Source: Epithemia pelagica (taxonomy: Eukaryota; Protista; Bacillariophyta). Taken from it: a stretch of 64,000 nucleotides of DNA. The stretch spans positions 3,286,001 through 3,350,000 of the forward strand of contig OX337236.1 in the NCBI GenBank assembly GCA_946965045.2. The letters run 5' to 3'. Under the pieces are notes generated by a model. It was given only the letters and a program-made list of their open reading frames with translations, made no database searches and had not been told where the DNA came from. The position numbers and the translations under genes are program-made. Of this stretch, positions 1-10,425 are shown one piece after another. Numbering within the stretch: the stretch's first letter is position 1; each line of letters starts with the position of its first letter.

Positions 1-1265
1 AATTGGCCAAAAAGTCACACAGCGCTTGTTCTTCTTCATAGGGAATTTTCTTGGCTTCTTCGGCTTCAAGTTTGGCTTGATATTCGGCACGTTCCGCTTC
101 TCGTTTGGCCTTTTCTTCTTCGTATTGCATCTTCTTTTGCGCTTTAATGGCGCGTTGGTAGGTGAACCAGGCATTGTTGGCCGTTCGAAAGGCATCGCGT
201 TTGACATCCTTTTGGGTAAACAAGTCATTGATTTCTTTGCGGACCGCATCGCGTTTGGTAAAGAGTTCCTTCTTGGCATCCCGTTTGGTTTGATGGGCTT
301 CATCGAGTTCCTTCATGGCCTTGACAATGGCATCCATTTCGGCCGACACGGCATCAATTTCCTTATCCTTGGCCGAGATTTGTTCGGCCAAGGCCTTGCG
401 TTGGACCCGCATATCATCCAAGGCGGCATCCTTACTCTTGATATCCGTGACAAACTTTTTGGAGGCTTGCAGGGCATCCATTTCCTTGATGAGCTTCTTT
501 TCTTCTGTCAGCGACATGCTGGTGGTTTCTTGCAATTTTTGCAACTTGGCAATTTCCTTGTCAATGTCTTGGACGGAACCAAATCGGGCATTGCTCCGAG
601 CATCCTTCTTGTCCTTGAGCAATTTGTCATTGTCCGTCTTGAGGCGATCCAATTGAGCCCGGAGGGCCTTTTTTTCGTCAATGAGCGTCGTCTTGGTCTT
701 TTTGAAGGACGCCATTTGCGCGCGTTTTTCCGCCATGGTGGATTTGGACGTGGGATCGTCCATGGCTTGGTCAATTTGCTCTTGGACTTCCTTGCGAGCG
801 TCTTGCAAGGTTTGAATTTGTTCGTCCAAGGCGGCCAATTCCGCTTCGTGGGCCTCCTTGTTGGGTTTGTCGACCTACAAATTAGAAGTAACAAGAAGAA
901 GTAAAAAGCAGCAGCGCACAGATAGATGCATGAGTGTGTGAGAGAGAAGGCGATCCACACACAGTCCCATACTTTCTTCTCACACCCTGCGACGCTCTCG
1001 ACACGCACACACACACAACAACAACAACCATTGATCGATCAATAGAAAGATACATAGAGATACGTACTCGTGGAATGGGTTGGGTCAAATCGTACAATTC
1101 TTCAATGGGCTTTTGTTCTTCCCGTGGTCTGGGTTGACGGCCACCCTTTTTCGGTTTCGTGGTGGCACCATCGGTTGTAGTGGTGGTAGCATCGGTGGTC
1201 GGTGGTGCGCCCTCCGTGGCTGGTGGAGTGGCCTCTGCGACGGCGGGTTCGTCCGACGAAGACAT
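1..1265 (-). CDS. Coiled-coil protein, Bfr1-like (nuclear segregation/polysome-associated); two exons 1265-1068 and 874-<1, truncated by the window edge
   Basis: ATG at 1265 (MSSSDEPAV). GTACGT donor at 1067 and TTGTAG acceptor at 875 join in phase 0 to an open K/E/A-rich heptad frame (VDKPNKEAHEAEL...SMSLTEEKKLIKEM...KKIPYEEEQALCDFLAN). The Bfr1 resemblance is recalled, not searched. Confidence 0.7.
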
Positions 1266-1902
1266 GATGAGAGTAGTAGGTTTCTCCAAACAATCAAGAA
1301 AAGAAGAAATAGGTTGGTGTAGATCGAGTCACCAACCAAAATGAATCGATTGGTTGGTTGGTTGTGGTGAAGTGATGATGCTTTGGTCACAACAGCTCTC
1401 CTCTGCTGCCAACCACAAATGCTCCAACCACAAAAGGGTGCCAACACCTCTCGTCTTTCTCTTTCTCGTTTTCCTCTGCTAGCACGGTTGCCGTAGGATA
1501 AAGCCTCTGCAAGTTGTTGTTGCTGTTGTTGTTTGCTTGCTCTCGTCGTCGTTCCTTCTACAACACACTCACAACAAAAGGAAACAACCAACTTGTTGGT
1601 ATGGCAGCATTGCCCAAAGATACGTGGTGTGTGTAGGTACGACTTTTGGGTGTGGTGCGCGGTGCGTGATGCAGCGCGATGTAGGAGTAAAAAAAAGGAT
1701 GGCGAAGGAAACTCTTGGAGCGAGGCGCGACCCAAACAGGACACGTCCGTCCGTCTAACCTCTTCAAATGGATGGTCACGATGGACGACAGACAGACATC
1801 GGATGACGTCACTTCTTGAGGAGCGACCGATGTTTTTACGCGAGCGAATCTTTTGGTCGACTAATCCGCGACCTCACGGAACGTCGACGCAACGGACATT
1901 TA

Positions 1903-1936
1903 CAAGCTGAGTTCAGGGAGTATGTTCCTGACGTAG
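1903..1936 (+). repeat. Left terminal inverted repeat of the large ITm element
   Basis: CAAGCTGAGTTCAGGGAGTATGTTCCTGACGTAG, preceded by TA. Confidence 0.9.
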
Positions 1937-2292
1937 ACCCCTCGTAGATTTAGTACCATAAAATATAATCCTCAATAGCGTTTGGCCTGACTAGTGAATG
2001 AAAGTGTCCGACTCGTGACAACCCAGTGTCTGAATAATAAATTTTTTGTTTCGTACCGTGATGTGTGACAGCTTCCGAACGCTAGAATTCCGTCGAAAAT
2101 GATGAAAAAACGGTTGTTGTCTAACGACCATGGTGGAGGGCCATCCCAACCGTTCGAGATGTTGCCGAGCTGCATCCGGATGCTTTAGGGTTTACTTGAA
2201 CCACCCCAAATGGGGCAACATCTCAAACGGTTGGCATCATCCTCAATAATTCGATCATCCAACTCATCCCACGCAACACGGTCTACAACAGG

Positions 2293-5200
2293 ATGGAACG
2301 AAATTTTTCTGGGAAAGATATTCTTGACGTCTTTAAGACGCGATGCACCCGATCCTCGTTTGGATTCTGCAACAAGTGGATCCAAGACACCGAGATTGTA
2401 GGATACCTGAGAACTTGGTTGCCAGGACTGTCGACAATCAGATTGAATTCTCTTTTCTCTAGAGACATTGTCCTTAAACCCATTTTCGAAAATGAGGTGT
2501 CGGAACCAAACAAGTTTGGCTGGTACCGCCACAAAATCACAATCAATAAACAAAGATACACATTCTTGTATATAAGCTCCGACACAACAAAACTGCCAGT
2601 GATGTTGAACGATCACCAAGAATGGCTGGAGGCTGCAGCCGAGAATGTGATTCGGCGGTCGGGACGAGAGAAGCCAACGAAGCGAAGGAACGAAGACTCA
2701 CCAGGGGTACATGAAGGCACGGCAACTGTATCCAAGCAAGCAAGAAACACTACAACACCACCAGCAATGAAGAGCACTGCAACGCAGCAACATGGTCAAC
2801 CGCCACAAATTGGAGACAGCCCTACCGAAATGCAAACGTCACCACCTCACGACAACACAAATCAGGTGCTTGTTGGAGCAATCCAACATCCTGAATTGGC
2901 CACAGACGAAATCGGCCATGACCATCCACAGAGTTTGCCGATTGGTTTTTCAGTTTTCGAGAGTGAGATGATCCAAGGTCTATCGCAACAAATGGAAAGC
3001 GCCTGTTTTGATGAGCCAAGGAACCGTAGGCTCTTTGCCGGCAAATGCGATTCTCCAGGATCGTCAAAACGAAATCTTGAGCGATGGATAGAAACCCTTG
3101 AAAGGGCCATTTCCAACGTGGAGGCACTTCCGAATGTGGTTAACAAGGGAGACATCTTCCCCCCCAACCAGGAACAGCAACAGAGGGTACTGCTCAAGGC
3201 AACGTATTTACAACTTTCTTATAAGATAGCGTTGCTTGATATGCCACACGGTCGTACATGGCTGAACTGCATAAGCGAAGCCATAAGCAAAATGGAACAG
3301 ATTTATGGTGAAAAAGTAAAAAAACATCCCAAGACCATTGCTCGTTTTCACAGGTACTTTCGGGAAAACGACAGTTTCCCTCATCCCAACTACCACGTTC
3401 ATATTGGGAAAGAGCCATCGCCCGTCTTATTCGTTCACATACCTGAAGCAAAGGTAAAGTTTGAATGCTGGGCAAAGGAAAACCTGAGCACTCTTACAAC
3501 AGAGTCTGCTCTAATGTACCTGAGGACAACATTGCTTCCGGATATGCATACCATGATCGTACAAGAGTGCATGGATACGAATGCAACGCCAGTATCGTAC
3601 GAGGCCTTCTTGGCATCGATGAAGCTTTCCACCATTTCGCAAAGCACAGCGTGGCGATGTATTGCTGCTGCAGGGCTCGTGTTCAAGGAACACACGAAAA
3701 CATACTTCACTGATCGACACGAAAATGCTGAGAATGTTGCCCACAGAGCTGCTTTTGTCAAGAAGTACTTTAAGTGGGAAGAGCTGTCGTATCGGTGGGT
3801 GCAGCTCCCTACCGAGGATGCAATCAAACTTGAAAACGAAGGGAATGCGGGCAAGGAGAAGCTCTTGCCAAACAGCTTTGTATTTGAGTACACTGATGTA
3901 ACAACAGGCAAGCAGATGCGGGAGTACCATGTTGATGCCTTCCCAAGCGAATTTGAACGGTACATCAAACCAGAAAACACAATTCACAATGGAAACTTGT
4001 CACACAGGTTTCCCTCCGACCGCAAACCTGTCATCCTCATCGGCCAGGACGAATCGATCTACAAGCAGTTTTCCTTCTCGTCTAAGGCATGGTACACTAA
4101 AGATGGCGCAACTAAAATGCTGCCAAAGGATGATGGACATGGGATGATGATCAGCGCTTTTGTAAGCCGATCATGGGGCTTCCTTATGAACGGAAACCCG
4201 TTGCTTGCTGCGAGTCTATTTCGGATTAATGAACTCCGTCTACATGCGACACACAACAAATACGTCTCTACCGAGGCTGCAGTGAACCTCAATGGTCACA
4301 CTGCCAAGACTCCAATTACCAATGCCCAACCGTTCACTCGCTTTTTTGAATACGGAGCAGATAAAGAGGGATATTGGAATTATGAATACATGGCCTTGCA
4401 GTTGGAGGATATTGTCGATTGCCTCGTGGTCATGTTCCCCGCCCATGACTTTGTCTTTTTGTTCGACCAAAGCAGTGGTCATGGAAAACAACAATCCGAT
4501 GGGTTAAATGCTCTGAACATGAATAACGACTGGGGAGGAGCTGTTCCCAGCATGCGGGACACACAAATTATTGATCAAGCTTGCCTTGGCCCGTACAACC
4601 ATGACGACAAACTACGAGTTGGTGACGTACAACACCTCGTCTATCAGGAGAACGATCGTGGTCCAGTTGCTAAAAAAGGCCATCGTCTCAATGACGCGCA
4701 GCGTGTCGCATCGAAGAATACACACCGAACTGGTAGAAAGAAAAAGCGCAACCTCACAAAGAAGGAGCTCATGGCAAAACTTGTCCGGGTCATGGGACCT
4801 GGAATGCAACGTTCATTTCAATCGAAAAATGCTGGTGAACTACAGGACCTTTGTAAACGCTCCAACATTGCAACGGTGATTGAAGATGATGTGATCGAGG
4901 AAGGCTGGATGAATAATGCAAAAGGGCTCTTTCAAGTGTTATGGGAGCGGGGGTGGATAGACCCTAACAACATGATCAAGTACGTCAAGACAACCAGAGA
5001 TGCATGGTTGGAAGCGGATAAGAAGACTGTGAAAGAAGCCTATCAGGCGGACTACAAAAAGTACTCTATGGTTCATCTGATGAGCGAATGCTCCGATTTC
5101 AAGAACGAAAAATCTGCAATGGAGAAGCTGGCGGAAGACTTGTCTGAACGACATCGTTGCAGGATCGAGATTCTCGTATCGACCAAGTATCACTGTGAAA

Positions 5201-5559
5201 TGGCCGGTGAGGGGATCGAGTATGGCTGGGGTTACTCAAAAAAAGTCTTTCGTGCTTTCTCACTGAATGAGAAGAAAGACAAAGCTGCCTTTTTACGATG
5301 TTTGACAGCGAGCCTGAAGAAAACAACACCCGAAATCATGCGGAAAATGTCAGCAAAGGCACGTCGCTATATGCTCGCGTACTTGTTATACGATCAAAAT
5401 TCCAACAACAGCGACTATGCAGCTGCGGGCCTCTCGTATGCCGAAATTGAAAAGATGTCAAAAGCAATCAAGTGTCACCGATCCGCCTTCGACCAAGATC
5501 ATGGCTTCATCTCACGTCTCTGGAGAGAAACGCAAGGATCTGGTGCAGTAGAAACCTGA
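2293..5559 (+). CDS. DDE transposase (ITm superfamily, long D-E insertion), 1088 aa, intact
   Basis: Motifs GQDESIY (D586), FLFDQSSGH (D725), KGLFQVLWERG and TKYHCEMAGEGIEYGWG (E976, equivalent to the PxxSPELNPIE motif). Uninterrupted ORF between the TIRs. Confidence 0.85.
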   Translation: MERNFSGKDILDVFKTRCTRSSFGFCNKWIQDTEIVGYLRTWLPGLSTIRLNSLFSRDIVLKPIFENEVSEPNKFGWYRHKITINKQRYTFLYISSDTTKLPVMLNDHQEWLEAAAENVIRRSGREKPTKRRNEDSPGVHEGTATVSKQARNTTTPPAMKSTATQQHGQPPQIGDSPTEMQTSPPHDNTNQVLVGAIQHPELATDEIGHDHPQSLPIGFSVFESEMIQGLSQQMESACFDEPRNRRLFAGKCDSPGSSKRNLERWIETLERAISNVEALPNVVNKGDIFPPNQEQQQRVLLKATYLQLSYKIALLDMPHGRTWLNCISEAISKMEQIYGEKVKKHPKTIARFHRYFRENDSFPHPNYHVHIGKEPSPVLFVHIPEAKVKFECWAKENLSTLTTESALMYLRTTLLPDMHTMIVQECMDTNATPVSYEAFLASMKLSTISQSTAWRCIAAAGLVFKEHTKTYFTDRHENAENVAHRAAFVKKYFKWEELSYRWVQLPTEDAIKLENEGNAGKEKLLPNSFVFEYTDVTTGKQMREYHVDAFPSEFERYIKPENTIHNGNLSHRFPSDRKPVILIGQDESIYKQFSFSSKAWYTKDGATKMLPKDDGHGMMISAFVSRSWGFLMNGNPLLAASLFRINELRLHATHNKYVSTEAAVNLNGHTAKTPITNAQPFTRFFEYGADKEGYWNYEYMALQLEDIVDCLVVMFPAHDFVFLFDQSSGHGKQQSDGLNALNMNNDWGGAVPSMRDTQIIDQACLGPYNHDDKLRVGDVQHLVYQENDRGPVAKKGHRLNDAQRVASKNTHRTGRKKKRNLTKKELMAKLVRVMGPGMQRSFQSKNAGELQDLCKRSNIATVIEDDVIEEGWMNNAKGLFQVLWERGWIDPNNMIKYVKTTRDAWLEADKKTVKEAYQADYKKYSMVHLMSECSDFKNEKSAMEKLAEDLSERHRCRIEILVSTKYHCEMAGEGIEYGWGYSKKVFRAFSLNEKKDKAAFLRCLTASLKKTTPEIMRKMSAKARRYMLAYLLYDQNSNNSDYAAAGLSYAEIEKMSKAIKCHRSAFDQDHGFISRLWRETQGSGAVET

Positions 5560-5971
5560 TCTAATCTCCATTTATCATCAAAATGCATGTAACTTAACTA
5601 TTTATAACAGCAATCCATTTTATTGAATGTATTTCTTGTCAGTTATTGGTATCAATGATCACTTCCGTGTTGCGTGCTCGTGTTGCGTGTTGGATTATCA
5701 GTTTGTAAGTACCTCGAAAATGTGAGAGAGCGAGAAAATGGACGATTTTCGGAGCAGACCTCGCGCGAAACACGCCTCCCTCTCCGAAAACGCGCACGCA
5801 TCGCAAAACTGGCACGCAAATCCTTAAGTAACTCAGCCCACATACCAAAACTTCACCGTTTTTTAGTATGTGAGCTCAAGATTTTTTTTTTGGAATGTGG
5901 GCTGAGGGCTGAGGAGAATGCTGCGTTTCGTGTTTCTTGTGTTTCGTGTTTCGAGTTTTTGCGTTTCGACC

Positions 5972-8821
5972 ATGGGGAAACCAAGCCCTAAGAAACAGTA
6001 TTCAAAAGCAGGCGCTCAAAAACGAGACAGCATGAGTGACAAAGGAAATCTTGACGCTCTTATACTTGCAATAGATGCAGCGGAAGAGCAGTCAGCCAAA
6101 GCAGCAGCGGCGCCCGAAGCAGCAGCAGCCGCAGCACCCGAAGCAGCAGCAACAGACGAAGCGACAACAACAAAGCACCATCGGTTTCTTTCGGATCAAG
6201 ACTTTGCCGAAGTGAAGGATAAAAAGCTTGCAGATGTTCGGCGTGGCCATCCAGAGAAGGACCACAGCAAACAGTATTCGGAAACTCAAATGCGGCAGCT
6301 CCTCATCGATACGCGCACAGAGGACTACAAGAAAGGCATCGAGGAAGTGGAGAAACTCCCTTCTCGTTCTGGACGGGATCCAATCAGGACTTTCACCGAA
6401 GGCCTCAAGACGCTCTCCAAGATCAAAGACAGTGCTGTACTTGCCTGTGCTATGGGAGAGTATGTCTCACGGAAGATTTCGGCCACTTTTTCGGTCCAAG
6501 AAGCTCCAATTCGGAAGCCCGGTTCTGGCTTGCTAAAGGGGAAGATTGTGCCACTTTCGAGTGGAATGGGTCTCCCTGTCAAGAAGAACAGAAAACATAC
6601 CTTCCCGATCGGCAAGCATGTCGGTTACACATTTGCGAACAATCCGGTAGTCAAGATCTACCTTGGAAAAATGCTTCTGTTTGAGGTGAAGGAGTCAAAA
6701 CTCCCAGGCGCCGGGTTTGGCGTTTTTGCAGTTCGGACAATCAAAGATGGTGAAGTGATTGGTGCGTACACGGGAAACGACGTCACGTCTCGGACAGTTG
6801 TACCCAACGAGTACGCGATTCAGTTCGGACGTGACAATCGAAGGCTTCAAGCAGACAACGACGATCACTTCGGCATGGGGCTGCACTTAATCAACGACCA
6901 CCAACACCATCTGTACGGTACAGACAATCCACCGGATGAATCGGACGACGGTTACAACGTGAGAATCATGCCGAATCTTCTAGTTAAGGCAATCAAAAAT
7001 ATTGAGCCGGGCGACGAGCTGTCTTTGTTTTATAACCTTACGGACGAATCGCCGACGTCCTCCGAACAGGTTATCCGACCGTCGACGAAAGGTGACGACG
7101 ACGAAGACGAGGGAAAGAAACGCGGTCGACCCAGTGATGAAAATGAAGACGACGGGAAAAAAACAAAGAAGCCTGTCTTAACTTCTCCTTCTACTGTTTT
7201 CCGTCCAGTTGCTACTGTTGCTCGTCCTCCTTCTCCGCCTCCTCCGCAATACGTTTCTGAGCACTACAATTCGCCCCCTCAGCTGCCGCCGCATTATCCT
7301 CCGCAATATTATCACCATCCTCCGCCGCAGTACAATTATCCTCCGCCGCAGTACAATTACCCTCCGCCGCAGTACAATCATCATCCTCCGCCGCATTATC
7401 CTTATCCTCCGCCGCATTATCCTCATCCTCCGACGAGTCATCCTCCGCCGCAGTACCATGGACATCCTCCGTCCTACAATCAACCCAACTATGGAGGTTA
7501 CGGGGGGACTCTACCTTCATCGCTCCATCATCAGCAGCAACAACAACGCACGACCCAGCCGGTCGAAGGCTCACCCCACCTCCTTCCGAGCAATCCCATC
7601 CCACCTGCAGCACAAGCTCAACCCGTGCTCCTTCCCAGCAGTCCCGTCCTACCTGCAGCACAAGCTCAACCCGCCACTCAAGCCAATCCCAGCCCTAGTA
7701 CTGGAATGTTCGTACCAGTGGTAATGGCAGAAGATGACACGGATAGTATTTTTGAGGAGATGGAAGCGATCGATGCGAAAGCGAAGGAGAATGAGCGTTT
7801 CGAGAAAATGAAGTTGTTACATAGAGAATTGCGCTCGAAGTATTTCAAATGGCTGTACGATATTGAAAACAAAATGTATCGAGGATATTTTTTGACAACT
7901 CCGCCAGATCTCCTCGAAATGTTGGAGAATGCGTGGCACAGCACAGGCTTGGACCAGAAAGGAAAGGGCAAATTTTTCAAATCTGTTCAAGACTACACAC
8001 CAAATTTGTTGATGGCAATGATGGAACATGAGGGAATGGTGTCCAACATTCGGTACTTCGGCCACGTTAACCCCGAACATGCTGCAAAGGTCACGGCCAA
8101 TTTCAAGCAGCTGCTTGCCTCAGCTCTCTATGGGATGAACTACGCAAAAGATGATTCATTTGCGGACCAAATCAACATTCACCTTTCGTTCATGAAGACC
8201 ACAGAGGCAAAAGTTCAAGAACCTCACATCGACTTCTTGTTCCAGAGCGTAACAGGGAACATGTCCGAAGGTCCCAAAACGCCCTCCGGGAAGCAACCAA
8301 TCAAAAAGACTCGGAGAGCGAATGCAGATCTGCCACTCCGGGAACGCATGCCTTTTATTGTTTTCATGCCCCTGGCGGAGGAGGGTATGTCCGTTGAATT
8401 GTGGAGTTTCCGCGGTGAGAAGCACAAGGATTATATGAACGAGCTGGGTAAAGTGGTACATATCCCATATGGCACGTTTCTCCTCGTTCGAGGAGATACT
8501 GTCCATGCTGGTGGCTTTAAGACTGGGGAGATGGGGAATCCACGTGCACATTTCTACGTGTACCAAGGAAAAGATGGGACCGTTCACGATCCCATGCCAA
8601 AGAACACCTACAACCTTCCTTCTGGAGAAAGCAGGCTTTCCGACTACTACTTCCATGACAAAGACATCCCTGGTGTTCGCCGAAGTGGGCTCGTTGGGGT
8701 TAAGCTTTGGGTCGGGGACAAGCGTGTTTGCGTCCTAAGTGACAATCCTCGTAAGGTGCTTGTGGCCGCGAATTATAAACCTGGTAAGAAGATCGCGAGC
8801 AAAGAAGCCGATCAAACTTAG
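5972..8821 (+). CDS. Transposon cargo: SET domain + Pro/Tyr-rich region + 2OG-Fe(II) dioxygenase-like domain, 949 aa
   Basis: SET motifs LFEVKESKLPGAGFGVFA...HLIND...AIKNIEPGDELSLFY (~6677-7035). DSBH motifs QEPHIDF (8225), IPYGTFLLVRGDTVHAGG (8504) and NPRAHFYV (8543). Intact ORF from the ATG at 5972. Confidence 0.8.
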   Translation: MGKPSPKKQYSKAGAQKRDSMSDKGNLDALILAIDAAEEQSAKAAAAPEAAAAAAPEAAATDEATTTKHHRFLSDQDFAEVKDKKLADVRRGHPEKDHSKQYSETQMRQLLIDTRTEDYKKGIEEVEKLPSRSGRDPIRTFTEGLKTLSKIKDSAVLACAMGEYVSRKISATFSVQEAPIRKPGSGLLKGKIVPLSSGMGLPVKKNRKHTFPIGKHVGYTFANNPVVKIYLGKMLLFEVKESKLPGAGFGVFAVRTIKDGEVIGAYTGNDVTSRTVVPNEYAIQFGRDNRRLQADNDDHFGMGLHLINDHQHHLYGTDNPPDESDDGYNVRIMPNLLVKAIKNIEPGDELSLFYNLTDESPTSSEQVIRPSTKGDDDEDEGKKRGRPSDENEDDGKKTKKPVLTSPSTVFRPVATVARPPSPPPPQYVSEHYNSPPQLPPHYPPQYYHHPPPQYNYPPPQYNYPPPQYNHHPPPHYPYPPPHYPHPPTSHPPPQYHGHPPSYNQPNYGGYGGTLPSSLHHQQQQQRTTQPVEGSPHLLPSNPIPPAAQAQPVLLPSSPVLPAAQAQPATQANPSPSTGMFVPVVMAEDDTDSIFEEMEAIDAKAKENERFEKMKLLHRELRSKYFKWLYDIENKMYRGYFLTTPPDLLEMLENAWHSTGLDQKGKGKFFKSVQDYTPNLLMAMMEHEGMVSNIRYFGHVNPEHAAKVTANFKQLLASALYGMNYAKDDSFADQINIHLSFMKTTEAKVQEPHIDFLFQSVTGNMSEGPKTPSGKQPIKKTRRANADLPLRERMPFIVFMPLAEEGMSVELWSFRGEKHKDYMNELGKVVHIPYGTFLLVRGDTVHAGGFKTGEMGNPRAHFYVYQGKDGTVHDPMPKNTYNLPSGESRLSDYYFHDKDIPGVRRSGLVGVKLWVGDKRVCVLSDNPRKVLVAANYKPGKKIASKEADQT

Positions 8822-9347
8822 ATCTTTCCTCGTGGTGAAAGTGTGTTATTGTTGAAAAAGAATACCATGGTACGTTGAGTTGCAGTATGACATTAAGATT
8901 TATTAGTTTATTCCTTCATATTATACTTTAGTACATTGTCGTGTTTGTTTCCATGAAGTGTCGAAAACGCAAAATATGAGATAAGAATCATAGCTCGTCT
9001 GGGACCAATCACGAACTCCCTCGTACATCCATACGAGACGCGCCCGCAAACCGGGACCCAACTGCCGACACTGGGAAGCTGGATGACGACGATGACGATG
9101 ATGATGACCATGACAATCACGACCATAACGATGATGAAGAGGACAAACGGGATGAGCGATGATAGCTACAACAAGGACGACTACAATACAACGACGACAA
9201 TGATAGCCACGACAATGACGAGGACTTGGACGACGACAATAATGATAATCACAACAAGAACGACTGTAGAAGCACTACAAGTACCATGATGACAAATCGA
9301 TTCATATTTAGTGATTAAGGATACCTAAAACGTCCATCAGTAGATAT

Positions 9348-10254
9348 CTAGTACGCCTCGTCCTCATGATCCAAGTAATCGGGACCAAAAAGCCCGTTTT
9401 GCTGCGTACCGATGAAGTCTTCTTGGGTCTCGAGAAATCCATCATCGGCATACGAATCAATGGATGTCCGGTATGCACGGGAAGGATTGCTAAAGAACAA
9501 AGGAGGAGACGACAGGATGTTTTCTCCCAATGCCAGCGACTCATTCAAAGTCTGGCGAGGGTCTGTCGCTCCACTTTCCTTCACCTGTTCCTCAGCAATC
9601 CGACGCTGGAAAGCATGCTTCTGGGAGGGGGTCAGTGCGAAAGCTCGAGACGCCACCTTCGGGGAAGAAGTTACTTTCTTCGGGGTCACATAAGACTCTG
9701 GAGTCTTGTTCTCGACGTCGTCCTCCTTCTTGATCTCCTTCTCGGGCTTGCTGTCGGGCTTGTTGTCGGGCTTGCTGTTGGGTTTGGTGTCTGTGGCAGC
9801 AGAGGGCGCGTCGTGAGAAAGGGAGACTCAAAACCAACAATGAACAATCAAACTTACCTTCTTTGCCGACAGCCTCGATCGCAAGGAGCTCTGCCGCGAT
9901 ATCCGACAGGTTAGCGCATTCGACGTCCTTGTTGCTGACGAAGAACACTGGGATACCATCTTCATCCCCAATGGTGAGTTGCCACTGTTTTGCGCGCTCG
10001 TGCCACGACGAAGGACCCTCAAGGTTGAAGGTCACATGCTTCTTTGTCGAAGCGGGACACTTCGTCGTCGTCGTCTTCTTCTTCTTCGACGTTTTGTTGT
10101 CCACGGCCGTCTTTGTCTTCATTTTCTTGTTTGCCTTGTTTCCCTTGTTTCCCTTGTCGGAGGGAAATGCGGTTGTGGAGGGAGCTGCGGCGGAGTCCTC
10201 CTGCTCCTTCTTCGCAGACTCAGCTCGTTTGGTAGCACTACGCGTCTGGCGCAT
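9348..10254 (-). CDS. Transposon cargo, hypothetical Lys-rich protein; two exons (10254-9858, 9790-9348), 279 aa
   Basis: ATG at 10254 (MRQTRSATKR). The G|GTAAGT donor at 9857 and CACAG acceptor at 9791 (67-bp phase-1 intron) join two open frames; stop at 9348. Confidence 0.65.
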
Positions 10255-10425
10255 CGTTGGAAAGTGAGAACACAATAGGGATTCGTTCGTTTGATTGTTG
10301 TGTTTGTTTGTTTGATTGTTGCCCGCTCTCCGTTCTTGTGTCATCTAGGGAATCCCCCCGCGCTCATTCGTGAACAATATCGGCGCGCGCCACAAAATCA
10401 ACTTGCAGCATGAAGCAACTTCCGA

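Noticed and set aside
26-904. 292-aa plus-strand ORF
   Set aside because: Antisense shadow of the coiled-coil exon on the minus strand, which has splice signals and a coherent protein
7178-7724. Arg/Ile-rich and Asp-rich ORFs in other frames
   Set aside because: Alternative-frame readouts of the Pro-rich repeat of the SET cargo gene
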